This document shows positions 15,988 through 25,563 of a stretch of 27,067 bases of DNA, one piece after another. The stretch spans positions 1 to 27,067 of IMG/VR virus record IMGVR_UViG_3300005758_000238. One strand, 5' to 3'. The stretch is from a virus (lineage: Duplodnaviria > Caudoviricetes). The notes under the pieces were generated by a model. That model was not told the DNA's origin. It saw only the letters and a list, made by a program, of their open reading frames with translations, and ran no database searches. How positions within the stretch are numbered: position 1 is the first letter of the stretch; each line of letters opens with the position of its first letter. The position numbers and the translations under genes are program-made.

Positions 15988-16923
15988 TTAACGAGTCAAA
16001 GCACCGATAAGAGCAGCTACCGGATCTTGTAATCCACCGACAACAGCTTGGTTACGCATAGCAGCTAATTGAGCAGCTTGATTAGCAGCTTGTTGTTGGA
16101 TAGTAGCAGCATTAGTAGCGCCAGCAGTAATAGCACTACCTAAGCCTGTTCCTTGAGTGAGGGCTTGAAGACCCATGTTTTCAATGTTACCAGCACCTGT
16201 AAGATAGTTTGTAAACGGAGCAAGAGCTTGTGTCTGAAGATTATAACCTTGGCCTTGTAAGCCAAGAGCATTGCTTAACAGACCTTGACCAAACTGAGCT
16301 TGCTGCATACCTGCCTGCTGAGCCTGAGCAGCCAACTGAGCATCTTGAGCAGCACGGGCATTGTACAGGGCTGCAAAGCGAGGATTAGAGGCTGCTAAGC
16401 CCGGAGCACCTTCTTGATAACCTGCCTGAGTAGCGCCTACGCCTAAGCCCATCGTACCACGATTGAATTCAGCATTGCTAAAACGTGCAAGCTCTTGTTC
16501 ACGACCCGGAGCAAGTAACTGCTGCTGCTGAGACATGAACTGCTGTGCTGCAGCTTGTGGTGTCTGAGCAACATACTGCTGACCTAAGTTAAATAAACCT
16601 TGAGCAGCTTGACTCACTTGAGGAGCCATAGCCTGAGCCTGTTGAGCCTGCGAGAGTTGACCTCCAGCAAGACCTAACAAGCCTTCACGCATAGCAGCCA
16701 CATCAGGAGCTACTTGATAGCCAGCGCCTACTAATTGACCAGAAGCAGGATCATACTGGAAACCACTACGACCAAAGCGGGTAGTGATACCCACAGGACG
16801 GAACTGAGATGCCTGAGCAGCTTGGCTAGCAGCATCACGGACAGCATTGGCTTGCTGATTAGCAGTATAAATACTACCTGCCGTACCAAGCAAACCTGTA
16901 AAAAGATCAGCTAAACTAGCCAT
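15988..16923 (-). CDS. Putative DNA ejection / pilot protein (311 aa)
   Basis: Very Gln/Ala/Gly-rich with glycine-rich amphipathic N-terminus; synteny with P22 gp7-like genes. Confidence 0.55.
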   Translation of the reverse strand: MASLADLFTGLLGTAGSIYTANQQANAVRDAASQAAQASQFRPVGITTRFGRSGFQYDPASGQLVGAGYQVAPDVAAMREGLLGLAGGQLSQAQQAQAMAPQVSQAAQGLFNLGQQYVAQTPQAAAQQFMSQQQQLLAPGREQELARFSNAEFNRGTMGLGVGATQAGYQEGAPGLAASNPRFAALYNARAAQDAQLAAQAQQAGMQQAQFGQGLLSNALGLQGQGYNLQTQALAPFTNYLTGAGNIENMGLQALTQGTGLGSAITAGATNAATIQQQAANQAAQLAAMRNQAVVGGLQDPVAALIGALTR

Positions 16924-17153
16924 TAGTAAGTCCCTCCGTTCACGGTGGCAGTAAATGTTCCAGATACGGTTAAGTTAACTGCTGTAGCGTTACCTGTCAG
17001 AGCAGAGTTATTAGCATCAGCTTTAGAATTAACAGCAGAAGCAATGTTATTGAACTCAGTGTCAATCTCAGTGCCTTTAATGATCTTATTTGGATTACCT
17101 GTAGTAAGACCATCCTTAACAGCAAAGTTAGTGGCTTTAGTGTAGTTACTCAT
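16923..17153 (-). CDS. Small virion protein resembling a tail-fibre N-terminal anchor (76 aa)
   Basis: IKGTEIDTEFNNIASAVNSKAD motif; coupled to both neighbours. Confidence 0.6.
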   Translation of the reverse strand: MSNYTKATNFAVKDGLTTGNPNKIIKGTEIDTEFNNIASAVNSKADANNSALTGNATAVNLTVSGTFTATVNGGTY

Positions 17154-18688
17154 CGTGTCTTTCCTGTCTTAACATATACATCCAGTTTTTGTATAGATAC
17201 TGGTTTTTGATTGACAATGGTTTCAAAACCTAGCTGAATCACCTTACCAGAGCCTCCGATATTGATAATCTTGTTATCAAACGCAGAGCCACCATATTCA
17301 GCTAATGCATACTCAGCAATGTTATATTCAGCAACTGTAGCATTGGCAAGATTGAACTGACGACTGTTCAAAATGTCACTATAGTCAAATCCAAACTTTA
17401 ACACTACAGGATAGCCTTGACCACCAATCACTGTAATACCTACCTTCTTCATGATCTTTACCACCGTAGGGCTTTGGAAGTCAAAGTAGTTAGTATAGTA
17501 CTTCATTGTGTACGTATTGGCATTATCAAGATAGGTATCGTATTTACCAATATACCCTTCCTTGCCTACCAGTAGCTCTTTGCTACGTGTATAGCAGAAA
17601 GCATAAGGAACTAAACCGTCCCATGTAGTAACCCTGTTTGCACCATTTTGGAGCGTCACTCGTGTATCAAAACAATACACTAACTGACGATCAGGGAAAG
17701 ACAACAAGTAAAAGGCATCTTTGTCAGAATACACTGCTTTAATATCTGCAGGAGTTTCTAGTAATGCTTCTAATACAAGATCATCACGTACGTTGGCACT
17801 AAGATCACGGAGAGGAGCAGACTTCTCTTGAATAGTCCTCATAAGAGACTTGACTCCGGATTCAGACAAGAAGATAATGTCTGAGCCTGTAGGAACAACA
17901 GAGTCTCTAGCAATACAGCCTGTACCTGTAATGGCGTCTGAAAGAGATAAGTTAAAAGGATCTGTTGCATTGGAGTAGATCAGAATCTGCCTACGACCAA
18001 AGATAATCAAGAATCCATTGTGAGCAGCTAGAGCAATAATCTCATCTGAACCTGCAGGCCATATCTCAGTAATATCTAAAGTTCCTGCTGTACCAGTGCT
18101 CAGAACGTGTCCTGCTAACAGATCAGAGAACTGCACCATACTCTTGTGAGCACTGTTGTTAGCACTCCATGTACGACCATAAGCACTGATTACACAGTTG
18201 TTCTGAGACACAGTACCTACATAGCCTGTTTTCTCAGACACCCTACGATACTGTGTTGTGCTGACCGCAGGATCAAACACTAGAGGGTCATGACCAGCTT
18301 GATATAAATACAGACAACCATTCAAAGGAGCCATCTGCCAGTTACTGTCTGTAATCGTAGGAGCTACACCACCGCCACCGTACGTAAGGACAGACAAAGT
18401 ACTTCCAACAAGCTTAAACAGTTTATTGTTACCTGCAGCTAATACATAAGAGTTACCAGCCGCATCTATCAGTTCTCCAATAGTTTTTACATTGGCTGTA
18501 CCTAGATCAGCATTTGATGCATGTGCTGCTGTCCATCCCTTACGAGCACCAATACGACCAAACTTATCAATAACACAGTTATTAGCTACCGTTGCAAAAC
18601 CTGCTTCAAGGGATACAGAGGAGTCCTGTGTATTCAACCCCATGAATCCCGGAGCAGCTATACTTGTCGTAAGTAACTTTGCTACCAT
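17150..18688 (-). CDS. Tail nozzle / packaged-DNA stabilisation protein (P22 gp10 / tubular protein B-like)
   Basis: 512 aa, beta-rich, GCIARDSV motif; follows the adaptor gene. Confidence 0.7.
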   Translation of the reverse strand: MVAKLLTTSIAAPGFMGLNTQDSSVSLEAGFATVANNCVIDKFGRIGARKGWTAAHASNADLGTANVKTIGELIDAAGNSYVLAAGNNKLFKLVGSTLSVLTYGGGGVAPTITDSNWQMAPLNGCLYLYQAGHDPLVFDPAVSTTQYRRVSEKTGYVGTVSQNNCVISAYGRTWSANNSAHKSMVQFSDLLAGHVLSTGTAGTLDITEIWPAGSDEIIALAAHNGFLIIFGRRQILIYSNATDPFNLSLSDAITGTGCIARDSVVPTGSDIIFLSESGVKSLMRTIQEKSAPLRDLSANVRDDLVLEALLETPADIKAVYSDKDAFYLLSFPDRQLVYCFDTRVTLQNGANRVTTWDGLVPYAFCYTRSKELLVGKEGYIGKYDTYLDNANTYTMKYYTNYFDFQSPTVVKIMKKVGITVIGGQGYPVVLKFGFDYSDILNSRQFNLANATVAEYNIAEYALAEYGGSAFDNKIINIGGSGKVIQLGFETIVNQKPVSIQKLDVYVKTGKTR

Positions 18689-18690
18689 GT

Positions 18691-19344
18691 TTATACACTT
18701 TCCCAGATAACGTCTTCACCGTATCTGTTACGCTCCAAAGCAATAGCATCAGCTAAGGCAAGTCGATATTGTTGATAAATTTCAGAGAAGTTCATACCCC
18801 CATCTTCACCACGCTCTGCAACTGCTTTAGCATACGCAAGAAGCTGCACAAGATGAACAGGAACTTTAACTGTGTCACTGTTAGCGGATAAATCTAACTG
18901 AGGTACGTTCAGATCGAAGCGTAATGAATATACTCCATCAGGCTGAGGCCAGACATCCACTTGAGTGTCTCCATTTAAATCAACACCACTGTAGTTATAG
19001 TAGATAGGAGCAGCATTCTGTACCTCAGCTAAGTAATACTGACGATCAATCCAGTTACCCGGAGCTTGACGCATTTCAGTATCTTCAGTATCGTTTAATA
19101 CTTGGTTTGTCTTGAATCTTTGACCAGATCCAGTCAAAGTATAATTACGTGTACCAGATACCGTAGGAATTACAATAGTCTGATTTAAAGTTTGCCAGCT
19201 AGTAGCATCTTCTACTTCACGTTTAGCATCGTTAACAAAGACACCAATCAAGGAACTATAAGGAGTATCCCCAACAGAAGATACTTCATTCTCCCTTAAA
19301 CGGATTAGAACATTGTTAACCAGTTGTAAGTACGTTGTAGACAT
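18691..19344 (-). CDS. Head-tail adaptor (tail tubular protein A-like)
   Basis: TYLQLVNNVLIRLRE N-terminus, VWPQPDGVY motif; synteny. Confidence 0.7.
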   Translation of the reverse strand: MSTTYLQLVNNVLIRLRENEVSSVGDTPYSSLIGVFVNDAKREVEDATSWQTLNQTIVIPTVSGTRNYTLTGSGQRFKTNQVLNDTEDTEMRQAPGNWIDRQYYLAEVQNAAPIYYNYSGVDLNGDTQVDVWPQPDGVYSLRFDLNVPQLDLSANSDTVKVPVHLVQLLAYAKAVAERGEDGGMNFSEIYQQYRLALADAIALERNRYGEDVIWESV

Positions 19345-19370
19345 CCTTAAAGTTCCTTATAAACACAAAC

Positions 19371-19399
19371 ATTGTACCATATTTAGTACTGTTTGTCAA
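19371..19399 (-). promoter_or_regulatory. sigma70-type promoter for adaptor/nozzle/ejection/lysis genes
   Basis: Minus strand TTGACA, 17 nt spacer, TGn, TACAAT; -35 contains the upstream TGA stop. Confidence 0.78.
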
Positions 19400-19566
19400 C
19401 TCTTTTTACGTTTATTTTTCTCTGTACGTTCACCGCGCTTAGGCTTAGAGCGACCTGCTTCATTGAGAGCAATAGCAACAGCTTGTTTTTGTGGCTTACC
19501 TTCTTTTACCATCTTAGAGATATTCTCGCTGACAGTTTTATCTGACTTACCTTTTTTGAGAGGCAT
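19396..19566 (-). CDS. Small highly basic protein (56 aa, [34 protein letters not shown]...)
   Basis: Manual ORF with GGAG RBS; fills the gap exactly. Confidence 0.8.
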   Translation of the reverse strand: MPLKKGKSDKTVSENISKMVKEGKPQKQAVAIALNEAGRSKPKRGERTEKNKRKKS

Positions 19567-19569
19567 AAT

Positions 19570-20052
19570 TTACTCCGGCTGTGTAGGCCACTGAACTTCC
19601 CAAGGGAAGCCCTCTTGTGCGCTGATGTCGCGCAACGCCTGCCGATACGTAGCCCATGCGGCCTTGTCCACGGGTGCGTCTGCGACTTGTGTCCAGTCAG
19701 AATCGCTCAGGCGCTTGTTGCGGTCATCGCGCACAGCCTTAGCCTGCTCAGCATCCTTCATGGCTTTGTAGGCCGCTTCCTGCTCGGCTGCTGTGGCTTC
19801 TTCGGTGTCGGTGAAAATCGGCCCCAGCATGTACTTGGTGTACCACTTGCCGTTGATCTGCTCCACGCCCTGACGCTGGCTGTACTGGTAGCGATCACCG
19901 CCAGACGCCTGCGGGCCTTCAAAGACCACATCAGCACCAAAGTCGTTGAGCAGTGCCTCAGACAATTGCAGTGGCATCGAGGTGTTGCGGTGCATGGCGC
20001 GGAATTCAGATTCCGTCACCACCTGCCCAGATTTACGAATATAGATTTCCAT
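19570..20052 (-). CDS. Phage tail (fibre) assembly chaperone
   Basis: C-terminal RDDRNKRLSDSDWTQVAD...WATYRQALRDI...WPTQP motif. Confidence 0.85.
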   Translation of the reverse strand: MEIYIRKSGQVVTESEFRAMHRNTSMPLQLSEALLNDFGADVVFEGPQASGGDRYQYSQRQGVEQINGKWYTKYMLGPIFTDTEEATAAEQEAAYKAMKDAEQAKAVRDDRNKRLSDSDWTQVADAPVDKAAWATYRQALRDISAQEGFPWEVQWPTQPE

Positions 20053-20064
20053 GTGTTACTCCAA

Positions 20065-22047
20065 TCAGGCTATCGCCAAGAAAATGAAGGTCCCGCCGTT
20101 GGCATTGATTGCAGCAGGCGCGAAGCTGCTGATCTCAAACCCTTGCGCGTAGGTGTCAACGTAGTCGGTGTTTGTCACTTCAGCCGCTGTGCTGTTGAGC
20201 AGCAGATATGGGTCGTTACCAGCCACTATGCCACGGGCAGAATCCCAGACGTACCAATCACCTGTGCTGTCAGTGCGCTTGATCAGCACGAACCGAGCAC
20301 CCGCTGTAAAGCCACAGTTGATCTGCTGTGTCGTGCCAGTGCCTGTGTAGCTCCCTACCTTGCTCACGCCGGGGCAGGAGGCAAAGAGGTAGGCGACAAA
20401 CGTAGCCGTATTACCATTCACGTCATCATTGGTGCCTACAGTAAAGACGCTGGATGTGGGGCTGGTGTCGTTCCAAATTGTATTGTTATCAACCGTTGCA
20501 GCAGTGGTGTTTAATACCAAATAATCGGTGTTGTCGTTGTTGGCATAAACAATCCATGCATCAGCGGCGCTGCGCTTTTTCACAATCATCAACTCAGGCG
20601 CAACACCCAAGTTATGCGCCACCGTCCTTGCAACACCCGTCCCCGTGTAGCACACCTCATCAAAGAAGCCGGGGGCGCGGCGGAAGTTCCAGTAAATAGA
20701 ATTGAAGCCTCCATTGTTTGGTGGTATTTGAAACCCCGTGCTATTCCAGAATAGAGTGGCTCCAGAATCAGATGCTTCGATGGAGGTGCTGTTGCTGTAC
20801 AACAAGAGGCCAGAACTTGTGGTATTCGTGCTAACGCTCCGCAAGCGATCAGAAAAGGCTCGGTTTGATGTCGTCCCCGGCCTCACCCTTACCTGAAGAT
20901 CGACAGGAAAGTTTGTAGTTTGCTGGGTGCCTTGAGCGTCGCTAGACAAGATAGGACTAAACACACTCGTCCCCGTTGTCGGCGTCTTCATCGGGCCGCG
21001 ACGGATGGCGATGTAGATGTAGGTGGATGCGTTGGTGTTTACTTCAGAGCTTGTTGAGACAACTTGGAATCCTGTGGCTGTTGGGCTAACGTAATCAACA
21101 GATGATTCAGCGTTGCTCAAGTTTGCTTGCAGCGCTGCATCAGCCGAGCCAACAGGCATACCCCTCATGTTGTCAATGATCTGCCAGTTGCCAGTGCCGC
21201 TGGCATTCTTGATCATAAGCCACTGCGGTTCATAGCCGAGCGAAACTGTTGGACCAGTTGTAGAGCCATTGCCTGTGTACGACCCACACGAAATCACATT
21301 GTCCGTGCCAGTCAGGCCAAAGCCTCCTGCGTCGTGGGCGAAGAGGTAGGCGACGTAGGTGTATCCGGTTTCGTTTGTGGTATTGAATCCGTTGTGACTG
21401 ACGGTGAATGTCGTAGACGTGGGAGCGCCATTAAGCAAGTTTGTGTAGTAAGCACTCAAAAACGAACCAGTGGCGTTCAGTTCGCCTGCCTGTGTGGGGA
21501 GCGAGTTATGCCAAACAATCCAGCTATTATTTCCGTTTATTATTTTGATAATGATGCAGCCGGGAGTAGCGCCGAGGCTGTGGCTAATCTGTCGGTTGTT
21601 GGTAGAGTCCCCCGTATAAGTCACCACATCAAAGAACTTCGGCTGCTTGCGGAAGGTCCATGAGGCGTAGGTCTGGCCTCCGGCGTTTGCAATTTCATTC
21701 GCTATTCCGGGGTCAACAACAGTGAATCCGGATGCAGTAAAGGCTGACAAGTAATCGCTGTTTGCGGAAGGAAGACTTGCAAGACCTTGTGCATCAGTCA
21801 GGTTAGACGACAACGCCCTGTTCGATGCAGTAGCGCTCCCAGTTCCAGCGCCTCGCACTGTGTCCCACCAGCCGTGTGAGTTGGCACTGTTCCTGTTCTT
21901 GATCCAAACCAACCCACCTTTACCATCCAGATCAATCCCGTTGTTGATCGTCTGCGTAGAGTCGTTGCCGGTGTAGAGCCAAGTGCTGAAGACGTCTTCG
22001 ATGTAGGTGGCGTCAGAGGACACCTGTGAAGTATTACTTGAAAACAT
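20065..22047 (-). CDS. Tail fibre-associated / receptor-binding protein with tandem beta-rich domains
   Basis: Repeated YTG...(P)xxxxIK...W units; AAGGAG before ATG 22047; followed by chaperone. Confidence 0.72.
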   Translation of the reverse strand: MFSSNTSQVSSDATYIEDVFSTWLYTGNDSTQTINNGIDLDGKGGLVWIKNRNSANSHGWWDTVRGAGTGSATASNRALSSNLTDAQGLASLPSANSDYLSAFTASGFTVVDPGIANEIANAGGQTYASWTFRKQPKFFDVVTYTGDSTNNRQISHSLGATPGCIIIKIINGNNSWIVWHNSLPTQAGELNATGSFLSAYYTNLLNGAPTSTTFTVSHNGFNTTNETGYTYVAYLFAHDAGGFGLTGTDNVISCGSYTGNGSTTGPTVSLGYEPQWLMIKNASGTGNWQIIDNMRGMPVGSADAALQANLSNAESSVDYVSPTATGFQVVSTSSEVNTNASTYIYIAIRRGPMKTPTTGTSVFSPILSSDAQGTQQTTNFPVDLQVRVRPGTTSNRAFSDRLRSVSTNTTSSGLLLYSNSTSIEASDSGATLFWNSTGFQIPPNNGGFNSIYWNFRRAPGFFDEVCYTGTGVARTVAHNLGVAPELMIVKKRSAADAWIVYANNDNTDYLVLNTTAATVDNNTIWNDTSPTSSVFTVGTNDDVNGNTATFVAYLFASCPGVSKVGSYTGTGTTQQINCGFTAGARFVLIKRTDSTGDWYVWDSARGIVAGNDPYLLLNSTAAEVTNTDYVDTYAQGFEISSFAPAAINANGGTFIFLAIA

Positions 22048-22056
22048 CAAGTCTCC

Positions 22057-23661
22057 TTAAACTGTGTAGTTCTGGCCAGCATTGCTTCCAAGCCAATTCG
22101 TGCCATCAGCAGTGAAGATGTATTTGTCAGCCTTAGATGCTGTGCTGGTGATCGTAGGAGCAGTACCTCCGGGCCACTTCACAGCAGCAGGCCAAGTCAC
22201 GGTACGAGAACCTGTACCGTCTTGCTTCAGGATCATGATGAAGCTACGACCAGCTGTGGCTGTGGGGAAAGTGAAGGTGCAGTTGCCAGTCAAAGTAAGA
22301 ATCTGAACAGAACCGTTAGCCAAGTCGATGGTGTAGGACGTAGAAGTGCTAGCCGTAGCAACCTCTTCCGTGTAGCCGTTAGTGAATGTTCCTGCTTCAA
22401 TGGTCTTGTTCGTCAGTGTCTCAGTGCCTGCCAGAGTAGCAAAACTACCAGCAGTCAGAGCAGCCTGTGACCATGCAGAACCGGTCCATACCCACAACGT
22501 ATTGCTCGTAGAGTTCCAGTAGATAGCTCCAGTCAGCAGAGCATTACCGTCATTGTCCACGGTAGGTGCAGAAGACTTAGCACCTAAGTAACGATCATCA
22601 AAGCTGTCATAGCTGGCTGCTGCAGCACTGGCAGAGTTGGCTGCATCAGTAGCACTGGAGGCCGCTGCAGTGGCAGAGTTGGCTGCGTTTGTCTCAGAAG
22701 TAGCAGCAGCAGCAGCACTAGCAGCCGCTGAAGTAGCGGAACCTAGAATGCTATCCACATAACCTTTACGGGTCAGATCATCGTCACTGGTAGGCGTAGC
22801 AGTACTAGTTACTTTATTAGCGCCCATGACAATGCCGCCTGTCATAGTACCGCCAGACAAGTTCAGCTTTAGTGCATCAGCAGTGTCAACATAGCCCTTG
22901 GTAGCTGCATCGGTAGAAGCAGTAGGCGCACCTAAACCGGTGATCTTGTTAGTGCCCATAGCCAGAGCACCAGACATGGTATCACCAGACTTAGACACTT
23001 TAGTGGCGATAGAGGCCGTTAACGTGGCTGCTAAGTTAGCATCATCGTTAAGCGCATCAGCAATCTCACCTAACGTATCCAGAGTAGCAGGAGCAGTTCC
23101 AATCAGGTTGCTAATAGCCGTATCTACATAGCCTTTGTTAGCAGCGTCTGTAGAACCGCTAGGGGTAGCCAGACCAGTGATAGTACCTGCAGAACCGGAG
23201 TTCATGTCCAGAGTACCGTTAATGGTCACATTGTTAAAAGTAGAGGTACCACTAGAAGCAGTCACGTTACCTGTTAAGTCACCTGTCACGTTACCTGTGA
23301 CATTGCCTGTAACATTACCTGTGACGTTACCCGTAACGTTGCCAGTCAAATCACCAGTAAAACCAGTGGTAGCTGTCACAGTAGTGCCACGAACGGTAGA
23401 AGCTGTAGTGGCACCAATAGGAGTATTGTTTATCGTGCCACCAGTAATAGCAACACCAGACTCTGTGCCTCCGGTAATAGCTACTGCATTGGCTTCTTGA
23501 TTACCAAGAGAGCCTACAAGCTTTTGAACCGTACCACCAGAGTCTTTGGTGTACAGTTTCTTATCAGTTACGTTTACAGCTAACTCACCCTGTACGAGTG
23601 AGCCTGCAGCAGGTACTGCAGAAGCTGTAGAACTATTCTTAGTAATGATAGTTGCGCTCAT
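22057..23661 (-). CDS. Tail fibre protein
   Basis: N-terminal GELAVNVTDKKLY, GNVT repeats, DAATKGYVD repeats, APATLDTLGEIADAL, C-terminal QDGTGSRTVTW domain. Confidence 0.85.
   Translation of the reverse strand: MSATIITKNSSTASAVPAAGSLVQGELAVNVTDKKLYTKDSGGTVQKLVGSLGNQEANAVAITGGTESGVAITGGTINNTPIGATTASTVRGTTVTATTGFTGDLTGNVTGNVTGNVTGNVTGNVTGDLTGNVTASSGTSTFNNVTINGTLDMNSGSAGTITGLATPSGSTDAANKGYVDTAISNLIGTAPATLDTLGEIADALNDDANLAATLTASIATKVSKSGDTMSGALAMGTNKITGLGAPTASTDAATKGYVDTADALKLNLSGGTMTGGIVMGANKVTSTATPTSDDDLTRKGYVDSILGSATSAAASAAAAATSETNAANSATAAASSATDAANSASAAAASYDSFDDRYLGAKSSAPTVDNDGNALLTGAIYWNSTSNTLWVWTGSAWSQAALTAGSFATLAGTETLTNKTIEAGTFTNGYTEEVATASTSTSYTIDLANGSVQILTLTGNCTFTFPTATAGRSFIMILKQDGTGSRTVTWPAAVKWPGGTAPTITSTASKADKYIFTADGTNWLGSNAGQNYTV
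23260..23355 (-). repeat. 8 x 12-nt coding tandem repeat (GNVT/GDLT)
   Basis: GDLT-(GNVT)5-GDLT-GNVT with synonymous variation. Confidence 0.9.
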
Positions 23662-25518
23662 TTAAGCTCCAAATTTAGATTCATACCATTGTTGTAAAGG
23701 CGTTGCAACATCACGAGGCACTGCAGGAAGATAAGCGTCATAATACCGTTGAATAGCATTATAATAATCGCTAGAATACTGAGGAACACCTTGTGTAGGA
23801 GGAACAAAAGTACCAGTTCCTTGTCCACCTCCTCCGCCACCAACTCCTAAACCACCACCTAATAAGCCTAAAGAACTAATTATTTTTAGTAGGTCAGACA
23901 ATGTAAGATTAGAATTATCTGATACAATTTCAGGAATCTCTATTTTTGAGATATCTGTAATAGGTGATTGTACAGGAACTTCTGTAATAGGGGTATATGG
24001 AATAGTAGGTTTAGATTCCTTTTTGTCCACTATTTCAACCTTTTCACCTGCTCCGGGTAATTCAGATGTAGGAGGAACGGTTGGCGTAACAGAAGGTATT
24101 GACGGAATAATAGGAATTACAGGCGTGGTTGGTCTATTATTCACTACTTCCACTCTTTCACCTGCTCCGGGTAACTGAGATGTAGGAGGAGTAGTAGGTG
24201 TCAATAACCCCGGTGTAGTAGGAGGTACTGACGGAATAACAGGAATTACAGGTGCAGGAGTCTGTGGACGTGTATCTGTAACCTGTAAATTTCTATCTAA
24301 TGCTGTGTTTATTTCTTCATCAGTGACGCCATACTCATTTTTAGCAGCTTCAATCTGTGCTTGAGTAGCGTTAGGATTTGCAGCAAACCAATTACGAATA
24401 TTATTGTAATATTGAGCAGCTGTCATCCCATTTGCAAGAGCATACTCAATACCTGTTAACGGACGAGACCCTGTAACTAAAACATTTTGAGAAGGAGGTG
24501 TTGAAGGTTGTTCAACAGGTTGAGTTACCTGAGAAGTTACCGGAGGCTGAGGAGCAACAGGTGTCACAACTGGAGTAGATGTAAGCAATCCTCCTACAGC
24601 ACCGGCAGGATTAGCAACAGGAAGAGTAGGAGCAGTAACCACAACACCATTAGTAGGCAAAGGTCCTAAAGAACCAAGAGCACGGTTAACTATGGCCTCG
24701 TTAAATCCTGATGCAGCCAATACATCTGCAATTTGAGCCTGTGAAAGACCAGCATCGGCTAACTGTTTAGCATCAGCAATAGCCATTTGACGATCAGTAA
24801 TCTGTGTAGAGCCTGTAGCACCTTCTCCTCCAAACAAAGAAGCACCGCCGTAAGACAAGCCACCCGCTAAAGCTGCATTCCTGAGAGCATCTTCAAATGA
24901 ACCACCAGACAGCAAAGTTCCGCCGCCTGCTGTGGTTGCGCCCGTCAGACCTGCAACCGCAGCCTGACTAAGTGATGGGAACAAAGAAGCAAAAGCAGAA
25001 CTCAAACCCGGAGCAGCCGCCATAGCAATGATCGGGGCAAGCTGCTGGCCTGTTTCGGTCAAGAAGCCACCTAAACCACTTCTACGCTCACCGGGAATAA
25101 ACCCTTTATACTCTCCGGTAGGCGAATAAACGAACTCACCGCCTGCTTGATCGTCATAAACAACATAATCATTTTGGACAAGAGGTCCCATAGATGATTC
25201 TGTCATTGGGGCTAAGTCCCATCGCTCCGTATAAGTAGGAGCATCAACAGGAATATCAGTGCCCCTGACAAAGAACTCAGATCGAGTTCCTTCGCCCATA
25301 TCAACGATGCGTTCTTCAACGCCCGGCAAAAAAGACGCACCCGGCACAAAAGACGTAGGAGCAGAAATTACCCCTGTAGATAAAGCAGCATCAATCTGAG
25401 AAGCAGGGATACCTAAACTAGAAGCAGCCCTTACAGCATCCTCATAAGAAAGCGTACCGCCTGCGGCTGCTGCGGCTTCTTGAACTAATTGATTAACCCA
25501 ATCTTGCGAATAAGCCAT
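23662..25518 (-). CDS. Pro/Thr-rich hypothetical protein in the structural module
   Basis: GGAG before ATG 25518; Gly/Ala hydrophobic segments and long Pro-rich linkers. Confidence 0.75.
   Translation of the reverse strand: MAYSQDWVNQLVQEAAAAAGGTLSYEDAVRAASSLGIPASQIDAALSTGVISAPTSFVPGASFLPGVEERIVDMGEGTRSEFFVRGTDIPVDAPTYTERWDLAPMTESSMGPLVQNDYVVYDDQAGGEFVYSPTGEYKGFIPGERRSGLGGFLTETGQQLAPIIAMAAAPGLSSAFASLFPSLSQAAVAGLTGATTAGGGTLLSGGSFEDALRNAALAGGLSYGGASLFGGEGATGSTQITDRQMAIADAKQLADAGLSQAQIADVLAASGFNEAIVNRALGSLGPLPTNGVVVTAPTLPVANPAGAVGGLLTSTPVVTPVAPQPPVTSQVTQPVEQPSTPPSQNVLVTGSRPLTGIEYALANGMTAAQYYNNIRNWFAANPNATQAQIEAAKNEYGVTDEEINTALDRNLQVTDTRPQTPAPVIPVIPSVPPTTPGLLTPTTPPTSQLPGAGERVEVVNNRPTTPVIPIIPSIPSVTPTVPPTSELPGAGEKVEIVDKKESKPTIPYTPITEVPVQSPITDISKIEIPEIVSDNSNLTLSDLLKIISSLGLLGGGLGVGGGGGGQGTGTFVPPTQGVPQYSSDYYNAIQRYYDAYLPAVPRDVATPLQQWYESKFGA
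24042..24252 (-). repeat. Imperfect internal tandem duplication (period 114-129 nt)
   Basis: tttcacctgctccgggtaa.t.agatgtaggagga at 24042 and 24156; tgacggaataa.aggaattacagg at 24100 and 24229. Confidence 0.85.
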
Positions 25519-25563
25519 CTTAAACTCCAATGTTTATAGAATATGTTTTCAAAGCCGCAATAA

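Noticed and set aside
19615-20514. 299-aa + strand ORF (also 21127-21663)
   Set aside because: Antisense shadows of GC-rich tail genes; no RBS or recognisable motifs
23260-23355. CRISPR-like or regulatory DNA repeat
   Set aside because: In-frame 12-nt coding repeat with synonymous variation and no spacers; ordinary fibre shaft motif
20065-23661. Diversity-generating retroelement or invertible tail-fibre system
   Set aside because: No reverse transcriptase or invertase, and no near-identical TR/VR pair or inverted repeats noticed; repeats are at protein level
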